A stretch of 64,000 bases of DNA, taken from contig JAPLME010000012.1 of NCBI GenBank assembly GCA_026387175.1, positions 69,849 to 133,848 on the forward strand, read 5' to 3'. The first letter of the stretch is position 1. The number at the start of each line of letters is the position of its first letter. Under the pieces are notes generated by a model. The model saw nothing but the letters and a program-made list of their open reading frames with translations. It searched no databases and was not told the origin of the DNA. Positions 36,427 to 49,100 of the stretch are shown here, piece after piece. The position numbers were made by a program, and so were the translations under genes. Origin of the DNA: Candidatus Omnitrophota bacterium (GTDB lineage Bacteria; Omnitrophota; Gorgyraeia; 2-01-FULL-45-10).

Positions 36427-39400
36427 ATGAGCCTTCCGTCTTTTTCCATCAATAGACCTGTCACGATGCTGATGATCTATACGATGCTCCTTTTGTTGGG
36501 CATAGTATGCATGATGCAGCTGCCGGTGGAACTATATCCTAATATAAGTTTCGGCGAGATAAGCATAATAATCGAGGTGCGAGGCGGCATTCCGCCCACA
36601 GAAGTCGAATCGATGGTGACGAAACTCGTCGAGGAGGGCGTGGGCAGCGTAACGCATCTGGAAGAGATGCTTTCGATATCCAAAGAGGGCGAATCGACGG
36701 TTGTCCTGAGTTTCACGCCGGGAATAGCCATGGAGTTCGCCGCGCTCGAGGTTCGTGAAAAATTCGCCCGTGTCAAGAATAAGCTCCCCAAAGAGATAGA
36801 AAAACCGATCATAGCCCAGTTCAAACGCTCCGATGTCCCCATAGTTATCATTTCTATAACGAGCCTGAAGCGCACTACCGAAGAGATCCGGAAGATCGTG
36901 GACGAGAATGTGCGCGAGGTGATAAAACGCATACCCGGCGTAGCCGATGCGGAGGTCGCCGGCGGGAGAGAACGCAAGATCCTGATAGAGGCCGATCAAA
37001 GAAAGATGGCCGCGTATAATCTTTCGCTGGATCGTATCATCGCTATGATAGGCGCCAATAATCTGAACCTGCTATCCGGCGATATAGAGCGCGCTAAAGA
37101 CAAGTATCTCATAAGAACGATCGGTCTTTACAGGACGGTAGATGATATAAAGAATATTCCTGTAACGGCCCTGCCCGACGGAACGATGGTACGCCTTAAG
37201 GATGTGGCAAGTGTGCTTGATTCTTACCTCGACCCTACAGGATACGCCCGCGTCAATGTGCGCCCCGTCGTATCGATATATGTGCAGAAGGAGTCGACCG
37301 CCAACACCATTAAGGTCGCACAAGCGATTGTAGCGGAAGTCGACCGCTTACGCGGGATATTGCCCAAGGACCTGCAGCTGGTAATAACGAGTAATCAGGC
37401 GGATTTTATAGAAAAATCCATCGAAAATCTTAAGGTGGCCCTTCTTCAGGGAGCCGGCCTTATTATAATAGTTCTCTCGTACTTCATGATAAAACTGAGC
37501 AGGAAAGCAATGCTGTTGGTAACAGCTCTTTTAATCACGATTCTTTTCATACCCACGAAATTCTTATATATACTCCTGGTGGTAATGGTAATAGCGGCGA
37601 TCGCGATCAAGAAAGTGCGGCCGGTCCTGATAGTGAGCTCGGCGATTCCCATTTCCATTATCATCACTTTTATATTCATGTGGATGGTGAAGCTGTCGAT
37701 AAACTTCATGACGCTCTTTGGCTTGGCGCTCGGGGTAGGTATGCTCGTCGATAACGCCATAGTCGTATTTGAAAATATAGCCCATAAACATGAAAAAGGC
37801 ATAAGCGGGATCCCCGCGGCGATAGAGGGCACCGAAGAAGTATGGGTGGCGATACTTGCCGGCACGCTTACGCACGTCTCAGTATTCCTGCCGATGATCT
37901 TTGTGGGACAGGAAATAAAACTGCTTTACGGCGGCGTTGCCTGGACGGTGACGATCTCACTTTTTATATCGCTCTTCGTCGCTATCACGGTCGTGCCGCT
38001 CCTTTCCTCAAGAACACGCTTTTCGATCGAAGATATACCGAAAGGTTACGGAAAGGCCAATGTGGTTGGCTTCATGAAGGCGCTGTATGCCGCCCAGCGC
38101 AGGGGCGTTATTTACGTCATAAGGAATATAAGGAACGTATATATTATAGCGTTTATAGCATTTTTGATCGCACTCTTCGGCTTAGGCAGGCTCGGCATGG
38201 AATTCATGGGCACTACCGAACAGAACAAGTTCACCATATTCATAGAATTACCTACGGGGGCCAAGCTTGACGCTACCGATTCGATAGTTAAAAAAGTCGA
38301 AGCTATAGTCAAGGAAATCCCCGAAGTCAAAACGTTCTCGGCCCGCGTCGAGCCGTGGTCAAGCAAGGTCTATGTGGAGCTTGTAAGCCTTCTAAGGCGC
38401 AAGCGTTCCGTCGCCGAAGTCATTGAGTCCCTCCGTCCTAAGGTTGAAAAATTTAGGCCTGCGTTCATATACTTCGAGGAAGAGCAGGAGGTCGGCACAA
38501 AAGAGGTGATAGTGGAACTATTCGGTTACGAGTATGACACTATGCGTGAAGTGGCGATATCGATGGCGACGCGCCTCGGGGCCGTAAAAGGCTTCACAGA
38601 TACCAAGATAAGGATGAGGGAAGGGCGCCCTGAGCTCGGGCTAAGGGTGGATAAAAAGAAGGCCTACATATTCGATATGACGACTACCGATATAGCCGAT
38701 GCCGTGCATGCCCAGATGAGAGGATTGCGCGCGACACTTTTCCACACGGCATCGAGCGAGGTCGAGACCATAGCGCGGCTTGACGAGAAATACCGTAAAA
38801 CGTTTAAAGATGTTCACAAGCTCATGTTCATAAATAAGAATGACGAAAGGATATATCTCGATCAGGTGGCTGATTTTAAATATGGCCTTGGCCCCAGCGA
38901 AATATGGCGCAAGAACAAGACCAGAATGATACAGGTGAGCGCCAATATAGGTAAATATCCGCTGAGTAAAGCCGCGACACTTGCCAAGGAGGCCTTCGGC
39001 GACTTGAAGCTTCCGGATGGTTATTATTACAGGATCGGCGGTAACTACCCTACTATGATGGCCACCCAGAAGCAGTTCAAGATAATAATCTGGCTGATAG
39101 TGGTACTTATATATCTGGTGCTGGCATCGCTCTTTGAGTCGTATCACCAGCCGTTCATAATAATGGTTTCGGTGCCGCTCGCGCTTATAGGTGTTACGAT
39201 AGCGCTCTACGTGACCGGTAAATCAGTGGGGATGGGCGTCCTGGTGGGGATAATGATGCTCGGCGGCATCGTGGTCAATAACGCTATACTCCTGATCGAT
39301 CACGCTAACAACCTGCGCAGGCAGAAAGTTAATTACCTGAAAGCGGTAATAATAGCGTCAAGAGACAGGCTCAGGCCGATACTTATGACCACAATGACCA

Positions 39401-39615
39401 CGCTCCTGGGGTTACTGCCTATGGCTGTCAGCACCTCGGAAGGGTCTAACCTGTGGAGCCCGCTGGCCATAACAGTCGGAGGAGGCCTCACCAGCTCTAC
39501 GATCCTTACGCTTCTTATAGTACCCAGCGTATACATTGTGTCTGAAAATGCGGGCATCCGTATAAAAGAACTAACGGGGAAGATCCGCATATTCAAGCCA
39601 CGTGATAAGACATAA
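36427..39615 (+). CDS. RND efflux permease (AcrB/MdtB-like), subunit 1
   Basis: MSLPSFSINRPVTMLMIYTMLLLLGIVCMMQLPVELYP is a canonical AcrB N-terminus. 1062 aa, 12 TM. Confidence 0.9.
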   Translation: MSLPSFSINRPVTMLMIYTMLLLLGIVCMMQLPVELYPNISFGEISIIIEVRGGIPPTEVESMVTKLVEEGVGSVTHLEEMLSISKEGESTVVLSFTPGIAMEFAALEVREKFARVKNKLPKEIEKPIIAQFKRSDVPIVIISITSLKRTTEEIRKIVDENVREVIKRIPGVADAEVAGGRERKILIEADQRKMAAYNLSLDRIIAMIGANNLNLLSGDIERAKDKYLIRTIGLYRTVDDIKNIPVTALPDGTMVRLKDVASVLDSYLDPTGYARVNVRPVVSIYVQKESTANTIKVAQAIVAEVDRLRGILPKDLQLVITSNQADFIEKSIENLKVALLQGAGLIIIVLSYFMIKLSRKAMLLVTALLITILFIPTKFLYILLVVMVIAAIAIKKVRPVLIVSSAIPISIIITFIFMWMVKLSINFMTLFGLALGVGMLVDNAIVVFENIAHKHEKGISGIPAAIEGTEEVWVAILAGTLTHVSVFLPMIFVGQEIKLLYGGVAWTVTISLFISLFVAITVVPLLSSRTRFSIEDIPKGYGKANVVGFMKALYAAQRRGVIYVIRNIRNVYIIAFIAFLIALFGLGRLGMEFMGTTEQNKFTIFIELPTGAKLDATDSIVKKVEAIVKEIPEVKTFSARVEPWSSKVYVELVSLLRRKRSVAEVIESLRPKVEKFRPAFIYFEEEQEVGTKEVIVELFGYEYDTMREVAISMATRLGAVKGFTDTKIRMREGRPELGLRVDKKKAYIFDMTTTDIADAVHAQMRGLRATLFHTASSEVETIARLDEKYRKTFKDVHKLMFINKNDERIYLDQVADFKYGLGPSEIWRKNKTRMIQVSANIGKYPLSKAATLAKEAFGDLKLPDGYYYRIGGNYPTMMATQKQFKIIIWLIVVLIYLVLASLFESYHQPFIIMVSVPLALIGVTIALYVTGKSVGMGVLVGIMMLGGIVVNNAILLIDHANNLRRQKVNYLKAVIIASRDRLRPILMTTMTTLLGLLPMAVSTSEGSNLWSPLAITVGGGLTSSTILTLLIVPSVYIVSENAGIRIKELTGKIRIFKPRDKT

Positions 39616-39679
39616 AATCTGATCCACCGAGGGATTGGTCTTGACAAGCTTGACTACTTAAACTTATAATAAAAATTAT

Positions 39680-42600
39680 ATGAGTCTATCCCAATTTTCT
39701 ATAGAGAGACCTGTGACAATCATAATGATTGTCTCAGGAATTTTGATATTTGGCTGTATTTCGTTAGGATTATTGCCCCAGGAACTGTTCCCGCAGATAG
39801 TATATCCACAGCTCACAGTCGTTACCCCTTATGAGAACGCCGCGCCGGAAGAGATAGAGACCCTTATAACTAAGCCGATAGAAGAGGCGGTCGGTACCGT
39901 TGCCGGCGTAAAAAGAATACGCTCCATATCGAAGGAAGGTCTGTCTCTTGTCATAGCCGAATTCGGATGGAGCCAGAATATAAACTTCGCCGCTCTCGGG
40001 ATGAGGGAAAAGATAGATCTCGTGAAGGAGAGGCTGCCCAGAGAAGCGGAAGAACCTATCGTATTAGCCTATAACCCTTTCGACAAACCCATCCTGCTTT
40101 TGAGCGTGACCTCCAGTTCCGAGAGCCGTTCGCCCGTAAATTTAAGGCGCCTGGCGAAGAAGATGATAAAAGACGAGATCGAGAAAGTCGAAGGGGTCGC
40201 GTCGGCAACCATCTCCGGCGGGCTCGAGCGCGAGATCCTGGTCGACATTAACCAGGGCAGGCTTCAATCACGGCAGATACCTATCCTCGATGTGTCGAAA
40301 GCCGTAAGCAACGCAAACCTCAACTACCCTGCCGGCACTATCAAAGAAAGCTTTTATGAATATCTTATCAGGACGCTCGGTGAATTTGAAAAGGTCAGCG
40401 ATGTAGAGACCGTCCCTGTCGGCTCCGAAGAAGCGCGGGGACAGCAGCCCCAGCAGCAGGAAGATGAGCCGGGTAAGCCCTCAAAAAGAAATGTCAGCAA
40501 GGATAAGCGGCTCATTTACCTCCGGGACATAGCGACCATCACCGATGATGTCAAGGAGCGGACGAGTTATTCTAGGTACAATGGTAAAGAGAACATATCG
40601 ATAGCCATACAGAAACAGGCGCTCGGTAATACCGTCAGGATCATCGACAGGGTAAAAAAGAAACTCGAGGAGCTTAAAGGAGACCTGCCCAAGGATATCA
40701 GCTTCAAGGTTGTATATGATCAGTCCGGTTTTATAAAAGATTCCATCAACGGCGTATGGGACGCTGCCTGGCAGGGGGCCGTTCTCGTAATAATAGTTCT
40801 GTATTATTTTTTAAGAAACGCCAAGAGTTCCCTTATAGTCGCGTTTACTATCCCCATATCGATAATGGCAACATTTTCTTTAATGTTCCTCTCAGGCGTA
40901 TCGATAAATATGATGTCATTGAGCGGATTAGCTTTTGGCGTCGGCAGCCTTGTCGATGCCGCAATTGTCGTTATTGAAAATATATTCAGCCACATGCAGT
41001 CCGGTGAAGATCCGAAAAAAGCAGCTATTATCGGAGCAAACGAAGTCTCCACCGCGGTGGCAGGGGCTATATTAACCACAGTGGTGGTCTTCCTGCCGCT
41101 GATATTTGTCGTCGGAATTGTCGGCCAGATAACAAAAGATTTTGCCCTCACGGTGACATTCTCGCTTATGACTTCGTGGGTCGCCTCCATGACGATAATC
41201 CCTCTTCTCGCCTCAAGAGGCTTGAAGATATTGGATAAAGATCCGAAGACCGTCGCGATAGTGCGTCACTTCTACGAAAAGCAGACAGTAAAATATGTAA
41301 ACGCGCCGGGGAAATATATATTTCAGACATTTATTGTATTCCTGTTATCGCTCACACTTTTCATATTCATGGATAAAGAGCTGATGCCGAAGGTAGACCA
41401 GGGCCAGTTTACCGTAAAGATCGATATGCCGGCGGGAACCAGGTTAGAGGTTACCAATACGGTCTCCGAAAAGATAGAAAAATTCCTTTTAACAATACCG
41501 GAGGTGGAAGCTGTCAGCGCAACGGTGGGCTCCACGAAAGAATCCTCGACGAAAAGTATCGTAGACCGCTTAAACTATAATCAAGCTGAGATAGTCGTAT
41601 CTCTTAAGAAGAAAAGGAAGCTGAAGAGCTCCGATGTAGTTCAGATAGTAAAGAGCCACTTGGCCACCATGAAACTTGAAGGAGCGCGCATAGATTACGT
41701 ATTGCAGGAAAACGTCCTGGCGGCAGGCACGGCGGTACAAGCGCCTGTGACCATAGAAATAAAGGGAAATGACTTAAAGGTCCTGGAAAATTTAGCCCGT
41801 GAGGTGCAAAAGGCCTTAGGAAGTATCAAGGGGATATACGGCGTTAAAAATAACCTGTCAGAACCTTCCCCGGAAATCAAAGTCTATATAGATAAAGATA
41901 AGGCCTCTCTTTACGGCCTCTCGGTTACGGATATAGCGCAGACCTCCCTGATAGGGCTGAAAGGCTTTGTTTCCAGCAAGCTGAAAGATAAGGGAGAAGA
42001 ATATGATATTCGAGTGCGCCTGAGGAAACAGGATAGGGACAATTTCGATAAACTTGCAAGGATCGAGCTGCAAACACCGACAGGCGCTAAAATACAATTA
42101 TCGAGCGTGGCCAGTTTCACAAGGGGTAAAGGCCCCAGTGAAATAATAAGGATGGAGCAGGAGAGGGTGGTATTGGTCTATGCCAATATTTATGATAGGG
42201 CCTTAAAAGACGTTACCTCCGATGTAGACAATATATTAACCAAAATTCATGTCCCGAATAACTATACCTTCAAACTGGCGGGCGAATCGGAAGAGATGAA
42301 GACATCTTTCGATAGTTTAAGAAACGCCATAATTGCCGCGTTTCTACTGGTGTATATGATAATGGCGGCGCTATTCGAATCTTTATGGCAGCCTTTCGTC
42401 GTAATGTTCAGTATACCTCTGTCACTTATAGGAGTCGCATGGGGACTATTCATTACCCATACAAGCGTGAGCGCATATGTATTGATAGGCATTGGGATAC
42501 TTGGCGGAATAGACGTAGCCCACACGGTGGTCTTGATCGACTGTATTAATCTGTATATATCAAGAGGAATGAGTACCAAAGAAGCTGCTTTAGCCGCCAG

Positions 42601-42838
42601 TATCTCCAGAGTCAGGCCTATACTTATGACAGCGTTTTCGACGATACTGGGGCTTGTACCTATGGCATTTTTAGGCGGCGAAGGCGCGGAACTCCGCGCA
42701 CCTATGGCCATAACGGTTATGGCCGGCCTTACAGTCGCGACATTTCGCACACTTACGGTAATTCCGGCAATCTATTTAAGTGTTACAAACATAGGAAAAA
42801 AACTTTTTAAGAGAAAAATAACAGAGCCAAGCTTATAA
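39680..42838 (+). CDS. RND efflux permease, subunit 2 (tandem paralogue, MdtBC-like arrangement)
   Basis: MSLSQFSIERPVTIIMIVSGILIFGCISLGLLPQELFPQ. 1052 aa. Confidence 0.9.
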   Translation: MSLSQFSIERPVTIIMIVSGILIFGCISLGLLPQELFPQIVYPQLTVVTPYENAAPEEIETLITKPIEEAVGTVAGVKRIRSISKEGLSLVIAEFGWSQNINFAALGMREKIDLVKERLPREAEEPIVLAYNPFDKPILLLSVTSSSESRSPVNLRRLAKKMIKDEIEKVEGVASATISGGLEREILVDINQGRLQSRQIPILDVSKAVSNANLNYPAGTIKESFYEYLIRTLGEFEKVSDVETVPVGSEEARGQQPQQQEDEPGKPSKRNVSKDKRLIYLRDIATITDDVKERTSYSRYNGKENISIAIQKQALGNTVRIIDRVKKKLEELKGDLPKDISFKVVYDQSGFIKDSINGVWDAAWQGAVLVIIVLYYFLRNAKSSLIVAFTIPISIMATFSLMFLSGVSINMMSLSGLAFGVGSLVDAAIVVIENIFSHMQSGEDPKKAAIIGANEVSTAVAGAILTTVVVFLPLIFVVGIVGQITKDFALTVTFSLMTSWVASMTIIPLLASRGLKILDKDPKTVAIVRHFYEKQTVKYVNAPGKYIFQTFIVFLLSLTLFIFMDKELMPKVDQGQFTVKIDMPAGTRLEVTNTVSEKIEKFLLTIPEVEAVSATVGSTKESSTKSIVDRLNYNQAEIVVSLKKKRKLKSSDVVQIVKSHLATMKLEGARIDYVLQENVLAAGTAVQAPVTIEIKGNDLKVLENLAREVQKALGSIKGIYGVKNNLSEPSPEIKVYIDKDKASLYGLSVTDIAQTSLIGLKGFVSSKLKDKGEEYDIRVRLRKQDRDNFDKLARIELQTPTGAKIQLSSVASFTRGKGPSEIIRMEQERVVLVYANIYDRALKDVTSDVDNILTKIHVPNNYTFKLAGESEEMKTSFDSLRNAIIAAFLLVYMIMAALFESLWQPFVVMFSIPLSLIGVAWGLFITHTSVSAYVLIGIGILGGIDVAHTVVLIDCINLYISRGMSTKEAALAASISRVRPILMTAFSTILGLVPMAFLGGEGAELRAPMAITVMAGLTVATFRTLTVIPAIYLSVTNIGKKLFKRKITEPSL

Positions 42839-43032
42839 ACCGCGAAGATCGGAAATGACGTCCCATCATACAGTTCCGCTTCAATCGCCACAGGTGTTTT
42901 CCGCAGCATAAAATGCAAAGTAGCCGCAGGCTAAAGAGCACTGTTTTTTAAGCTAGGTTTTCATAGACGTAACTAGCTATAAAATAAGCAAGTTACAATT
43001 GGATTAAGAGCTAAAAAAGGTAGATATTAAGA

Positions 43033-43062
43033 CTTGACAAAGGTTGCATGTATGATATACTT
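43033..43062 (+). promoter_or_regulatory. sigma70-like promoter candidate for the giant gene
   Basis: TTGACA, 17 nt, TATACT, within the 350-bp gap after the RND genes. Confidence 0.3.
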
Positions 43063-43188
43063 AGTATGTAAATATGAATAGAAAGGCAGATAGTAAAAAT
43101 TTGAAAAGGTTTTTGATAACAAGCGTGGCGCATAGTTTCTTTATATTATAGTGGTATCATATAATTAGCTACAAGAGGGCGGCCTCTA

Positions 43189-46100
43189 ATGGATATCCGA
43201 AACGACGAAAAGACTATTGATTCGGCCAGAGAAGAACTTGGCTCGAAATCTTTGATAATGGACTTACAAAGTCCTCGGCATAAGATATGGATGCGTGCTA
43301 TAGCGGTAATTCTCGTCGTCACATTTATAAATCAGGATATCATATGGGCGCAGGATGGAGCTCCTGTCTGGTCCAAAGGACAGAATGGGAGCTTTTCTTT
43401 TAAGCCGCCCGTCAATGTAAACAGTCCGATCAATGTCCCCAAGGATGTCGCCGTCACTAAGGAAGTCTATACCGCTCCCGGCGATAAGACTATCATAAAC
43501 ATCCAGGATGCCCACTCATCTCTCGGCGCCCAGGAGTCGATAGCTTCAGTGCTCGACTCATTAGTGACTAATTATGACCTAAAGCTTATAGCTATAGAAG
43601 GCTCTTCAGGTTACATAGATACGTCCATCCTCAGGGCTTTTTCAAACGAAAATGTCAGAAAAGGAACCGCAAGCTACTTGGTTAAAGAAGGCAGGATGTC
43701 AGCGGGCGAATTCTTCACTGTCACATCGAATAAGCCGGTGGCCCTCTACGGAATCGAAGACAAGCCCCTATACCAGGAAAACCTTGAACAATTCAGAGCT
43801 GTTTACCAGGCAAACAGTGAAATCAGGAAAGACATTGAAAACCTGCTCTCATCGCTTAAAACCCTCCAAGATAAGATCTATTCCCAGGAGTTGAAAGACC
43901 TTACCACCAATTCGGTTCTGCACAAGGACGGCAAGCTTACATTCACCGAGAGGTGGAGCCTGGTGAAGGCCCTTGCTGATAGGACCGGCTCTGACTACAA
44001 GAGATACGAGAACTTGACCAAGCTTGTCGAGTCTCTGAAACTGGAGAAAGATATCAGTTTCGAGAAGGCTAATAAGGAGAGAGACTCTCTTATAGACGCG
44101 CTTAGCAAAAAGGCCTCCAAGCAGGACCTGGAACAGATAGTCCTGAAATCGCTTTCATACAAGACCGGCAAGATTTCACATGGTGAGTATTATGTCTTCC
44201 TGCAGGAACAGGCCGAGAAGGCCGGCATTGACGCGGAGCCTTATAAGAACCTGATATCATACACAAATTACATTACGCTCTATGAATCGATAGATCTCAC
44301 CGCCATCTTCGAAGAGGTGAGGGATTTTGAAGACCAGATAAAAGAAAAACTCTTCACCGGAGAAGACCAGAAGAAGCTTTACGAGATAACGAAGTGCATG
44401 GAATATTTGAGAGATATCTTTGACCTGAAGCTGACTAACGGTGACTTTGAATATCTGGCCAAGAATATCGAGCACTGCAACGCTGGCTTTGTGGCATCCT
44501 TCATAAGGGACGCCTCGATAAAATACGGCGTTACGATCGACACGGATTACGATCTCGGTAAGATATTCGGCGCTCTCCCCCAAGCGATGGATTTCTACAG
44601 GACGGCCGAGAAGAGAAATCATACGATACTCGCCAACACAATTGCCACAATGAAAGAGCGTAATCAGAACGTAGCGGCTCTTATAACAGGCGGTTACCAC
44701 TCGCAGGGCATAACGGAACTATTAAGACAGAACCGCACATCCTATATTGTAATACTCCCGAAGTTCGACGCCTCGAAGGGCGAGAGGCCATATGTGGCGA
44801 TCCTTACGAATAAATCAGCTCCGTACGAGAAACTCCTCAAGAGCGGACAATACTTCATCGCCACGAGCGCGTATCTGGCCGGAATAAGCAAACTCAATGA
44901 GGATGTCAATAATCTGCCGGCGGGCAAAGATTCAAAGGAGTTGATTAATAGCTCGGAATTTAAGGAGCTGCGGGCTAGGCTCGCTGATAGTTTGATCGCG
45001 TCCTTATTACAGTCAGTTACTGGCGCCGCAGGTGTAGATGCGGCTGTCCTGGCGTTTAAGAAGAGACAGCAAGTTAATTTATTAGGCGCCGGCAGGGAAA
45101 TGAAAGCCGCGGTCGAGCAATATCTGAGAGACTATACAATGCTTCTAGAGCGAGAAGGAGCAGGATTTCGTGATGCAAATGTTAAGCCGCTCTCTCCTGA
45201 AGTATTGCAAGAGCTGGTTCGCGAAGTTATATTGGATTATGCGGGTTTTGATATTTCCGCAGAGGAGCCGACGGAAGCTAAGGGCCTAGCCACCGAAAAA
45301 GTTATTCCGCTGGTTGAAGAGCGGATAAAAGGACTAACCAAGAGAATAGAAGTGCTCGAAGATCAGGACAAGCAGGCGAAGATCGATAAGATAATAGACA
45401 TTGTGAAGTCCGCGGCCAATCTTGAATCGAGCGACTGGAAAGAGAAGGTTGCCACTGCGGTTGCCACCGAGTTACGGCGCAAGGGTTTGGGCACAGAAGA
45501 GCAGGATAATATTACAAACCGGATTATAACGGATCTCGAGCAGCAGGCCGTTGCGGCGGCGAAACCGGTTGTAGTTGCCGTGCCTGCAGCTCAGACTCCT
45601 GCAGTTCCGATGGTTTTAAGTCAAGCGCCGACAGCTGTTGAGCCGGCCGCATTGCCTGCGCCAACTATGCTTGATCAGGGCGGAAAAGATCTTGCAGGGA
45701 AGCTTGCTGAGGCAATCGGTAAGCAGTTAGATATTATAGAAGAAAATATGAATGGTATACCATGGGGAGAGAAAAACTTAAGCGCTGATACCATGAAAAA
45801 GCTGCAACAGATGAAAGAAGCTGGACTCGGAATAACTAAGATTATAGACCAAACAGCTAAAAACATAGACTTATCTCCTCACCAAAGGGCGTTAATCGAT
45901 ACTATATCGCGTGGTGGGGAAATTAAGTTTTATGATTTAAAGAACGGCATTGCGCCTTTAGTTTCATATCTAGACATGATTATAAAAGATGAAAATGCGC
46001 ACGAATTGCTAACAAAAATTTTGGAAAGATGTAAACAAACTGTTTCTTATCTAAAGAGGGCTTCGTTTGAGAATGAGCCAATGGCAGTTTTAACTATTAG

Positions 46101-49100
46101 AATTTCCGGAGAAGAGCTTAACTTCGTACAGTTACGTGATTGGAAAAAAGAGCCGCCAGAAACTCCGGAAGAATGGAAGGGTAAGTTAGCTCAGGATGGA
46201 TTAAACGCGCGAGAGATAGATGCAAAGTTAAAAGAGCTTGCCGATAAAACAGTTATTGCACCAACCCCTCCTATAAAGCCCACTCCAACGGTTAGCGAAT
46301 CAGCCGCACAGCGGGTTATATTAGATTTCTCAAGCAAAAATGCTAAGTTGGCCTTTGACGCGCTTATTGAGACCTTGAAAACCGAAACCGTCGATACTGA
46401 AAAAGCTATTATAGATAGCATGATTCCAAAGAATAGCACCCCCGACCAGCCGACCACGGTCTTGCATTTAGCCGGAGCAGAACAAAGAGGTTTTAACGAC
46501 TTTTTACGGAATGAAGTAGAGGTGAAGAGAAATGCAAAGCTTATAGGGCTTGACTTAAATTATTCACTAGCTGATGAGGAAAAGAAGTTATTTATAGGAG
46601 ACATTACAGGAGATAACTCTCGCAAAATAGCCGATGGATCGGTTAACACTATAATATCCGTAAATTTCTTTAATGCGGAGTGCTATAAGTTATATGAAAA
46701 AGCCCGCGAAACACCACTCTCCGAAACGGACTATTATATTAATATCGCGGCGGAAATTTACAGAATGTTAAGAAACGGCGGAAAGCTTTATATTGCCGGT
46801 TCTAGTGTGACCAGTGAGTTTGAAAAAGCATTCAAAGCAGAATCCTTCAAGATGATGCCGCTGGACGATACCATGCCTGGATTTTATGAAATAATCAAGA
46901 TCGCGAAAGCCGGCCCGGAGACACCCGGCGGACCTAGCGAACGCGTCGGGTCCGTGGCAGGAGAAACTCCTGTCGCACCGCCGGCAGTGCAAGCGGCTCA
47001 AAGAATTTTAGTCGAAGTTTGTGGAAAAGCAGGCTATCCATTCGTCAATATTTTATTAACATTTATCCTTACACTATTTATACTTGTCTCAAGCTCAGTT
47101 TACTCAATAGCCGCTCCGGCGCGAACTGTTCCGGGAGGTCCACAGATAAAACTGGCACAAGCAGTAAAAATGCCTACGGCGGTACGAACTAAGGCCCCGG
47201 TAAAAGCGCAACCTGCGCCGGTACAGGCTGTTAAGCCGCCGTCTTTGGTGGCCGAAAAGCAGTTCGCGCTTGACCAGAAAAAGCTCCGGGATGCGATCGA
47301 TACTTATTTCGCAAAAATGGCTTCTTCGCAGTATTTCATGTATAGAGCTCCACGCCTCAACTCCGAAAGCAAGATGATAGAAAACCCTCTCCTTATAGAT
47401 GCATTCGTCAATAACCGGGGAAAGTTAGCTCTAAAAGATTTTCGTGGTGTTCCCGGCCTGGAAAATATGCCTGAAACCAGGATAGATAACATCAACCGCA
47501 TCATCGATGAAATATGGAGGAGCGTTGACAAGACGGCCCTGCCGGAATATATAAAAGGTAAGCTGGTGCTGGACAGGAAAACAGGACGATTATCGCCGGT
47601 AGAGGAGCTTCAGAAGACGCTGTTTGCGCTCTCTGTTCTTGCTCCCGATACGTATGAGTATCTGAAAAATGATAATGCGCCTATTGTTTTGGTTGATACC
47701 GATTGGTTTTCCGGCGCCACTAAAGGCGATACTTTTTTCGGCATGATAGCGCGCAATCCTCGCGGAGTGAAAATAGAGCTAAGCAGCCGGAATAACACCG
47801 TTAAAAGAGTCGGGACGGCCGTTCATGAGGCCATTCATCGTAAGAGAGGCGATGTTGCCACAGGTTATTTTAGCCTCTATCTTAAAACGTTGGGCCGCAT
47901 CCGGGAGCTTTTTGTCAGCCTCCCTTCGTTCGAAAAAGAGCCAATTAAGAAACAGCAGGATTTTTATAAGAAAGAATTGCTCATAAATGTGTCGGCAGAG
48001 GTTTTAAACAATGCCTATTTAAGCCAGCGCTGGTGGCTGGGCCTGATCGGTGTCATGGCCTGGGTATTGACGATTATTACGCCTGCCGTATTGATTGCGA
48101 AACTCATTGTCTCTTTGGTCTCGAGCAAAAAAGAAGGTGCTGGGAGACGTCCCGGGCCCACCACATTTATGCTGGCATTCATTTTACCGCTCATCGCGAC
48201 CGGTCTCGCGGGACTGCCCGTGATAGGCCAGCAAGTGAACAATTTTGCCGGTATGCTCTTTTCGCCGATACCATTGCCGGAGATCGCTCCCGGAGAAAAG
48301 GTCGCCGCTAAGAAGAAAGCAGGTTCGGATGTCCAGACAATAGTTGACAGGACTATCGGGAAATTTTACGCCGGCATAAACGCGCCTCCCGTGGTGCTCG
48401 ATAATAACCTCTTTGACCGTTTCTGCGCGTTCGATCCGGAAGACGGCACCATTCATATAAGTCCCAGAGCGTATGATCCTAAAACCGGAAGGGTAATAGA
48501 AGAGGTAAGACTCTTCCACCTGCCGCATGAAGCATTCCACTATGCTTTGCAGATGACACCCATTAATAAGAATGAGAAAGCGCATGAGATCGCAGCCACA
48601 TATCTCGCCCTCCTTAATATAATCACCAATCGCAGCAGCTTGACAAAATTGATAAATGCTGCAAATCCCGTAGATGGGCGTGAGGTCTCTGCCGGCATGA
48701 AGGGGATAGTTAAGTATTTTGAAAGCTTCGGATTCGATGTAAAGAATATAAATAATTACCGCGCCCTCTTATCCGCTTTAAACGTCGATGGATTAAGAGG
48801 GATCGCTTCATACCTTGCCTCGACCAACCCTGATTTTAGAAATATTTCCGATAGAGATATGGCTTCGGCTGTAAGGCTCATTAGCTCTAAGCCTCAGGAT
48901 GGGATATTCAAACCCTTAAAGAAATTAGATGCCCTCGGGATTAATAAAAAAGGTTATCTTGCAAACCCATACCTGTATGCCGATAAGCTGGTGCGGTTCG
49001 AAGATGCCGGAGTTAAGCTGAGCGCCAAGAATTTAAGTCTACTCTCATTAGGTAGAGATAATATAAAGCCGTATGTAGAAATAGCGTTAGCTAGTGGTAT

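Noticed and set aside
47824-48540. Two HExxH motifs as evidence for a metalloprotease domain in the giant protein.
   Set aside because: In roughly 7,000 residues one or two HExxH can arise by chance. No obvious third ligand or zincin-like context. Kept only as a low-interest note.
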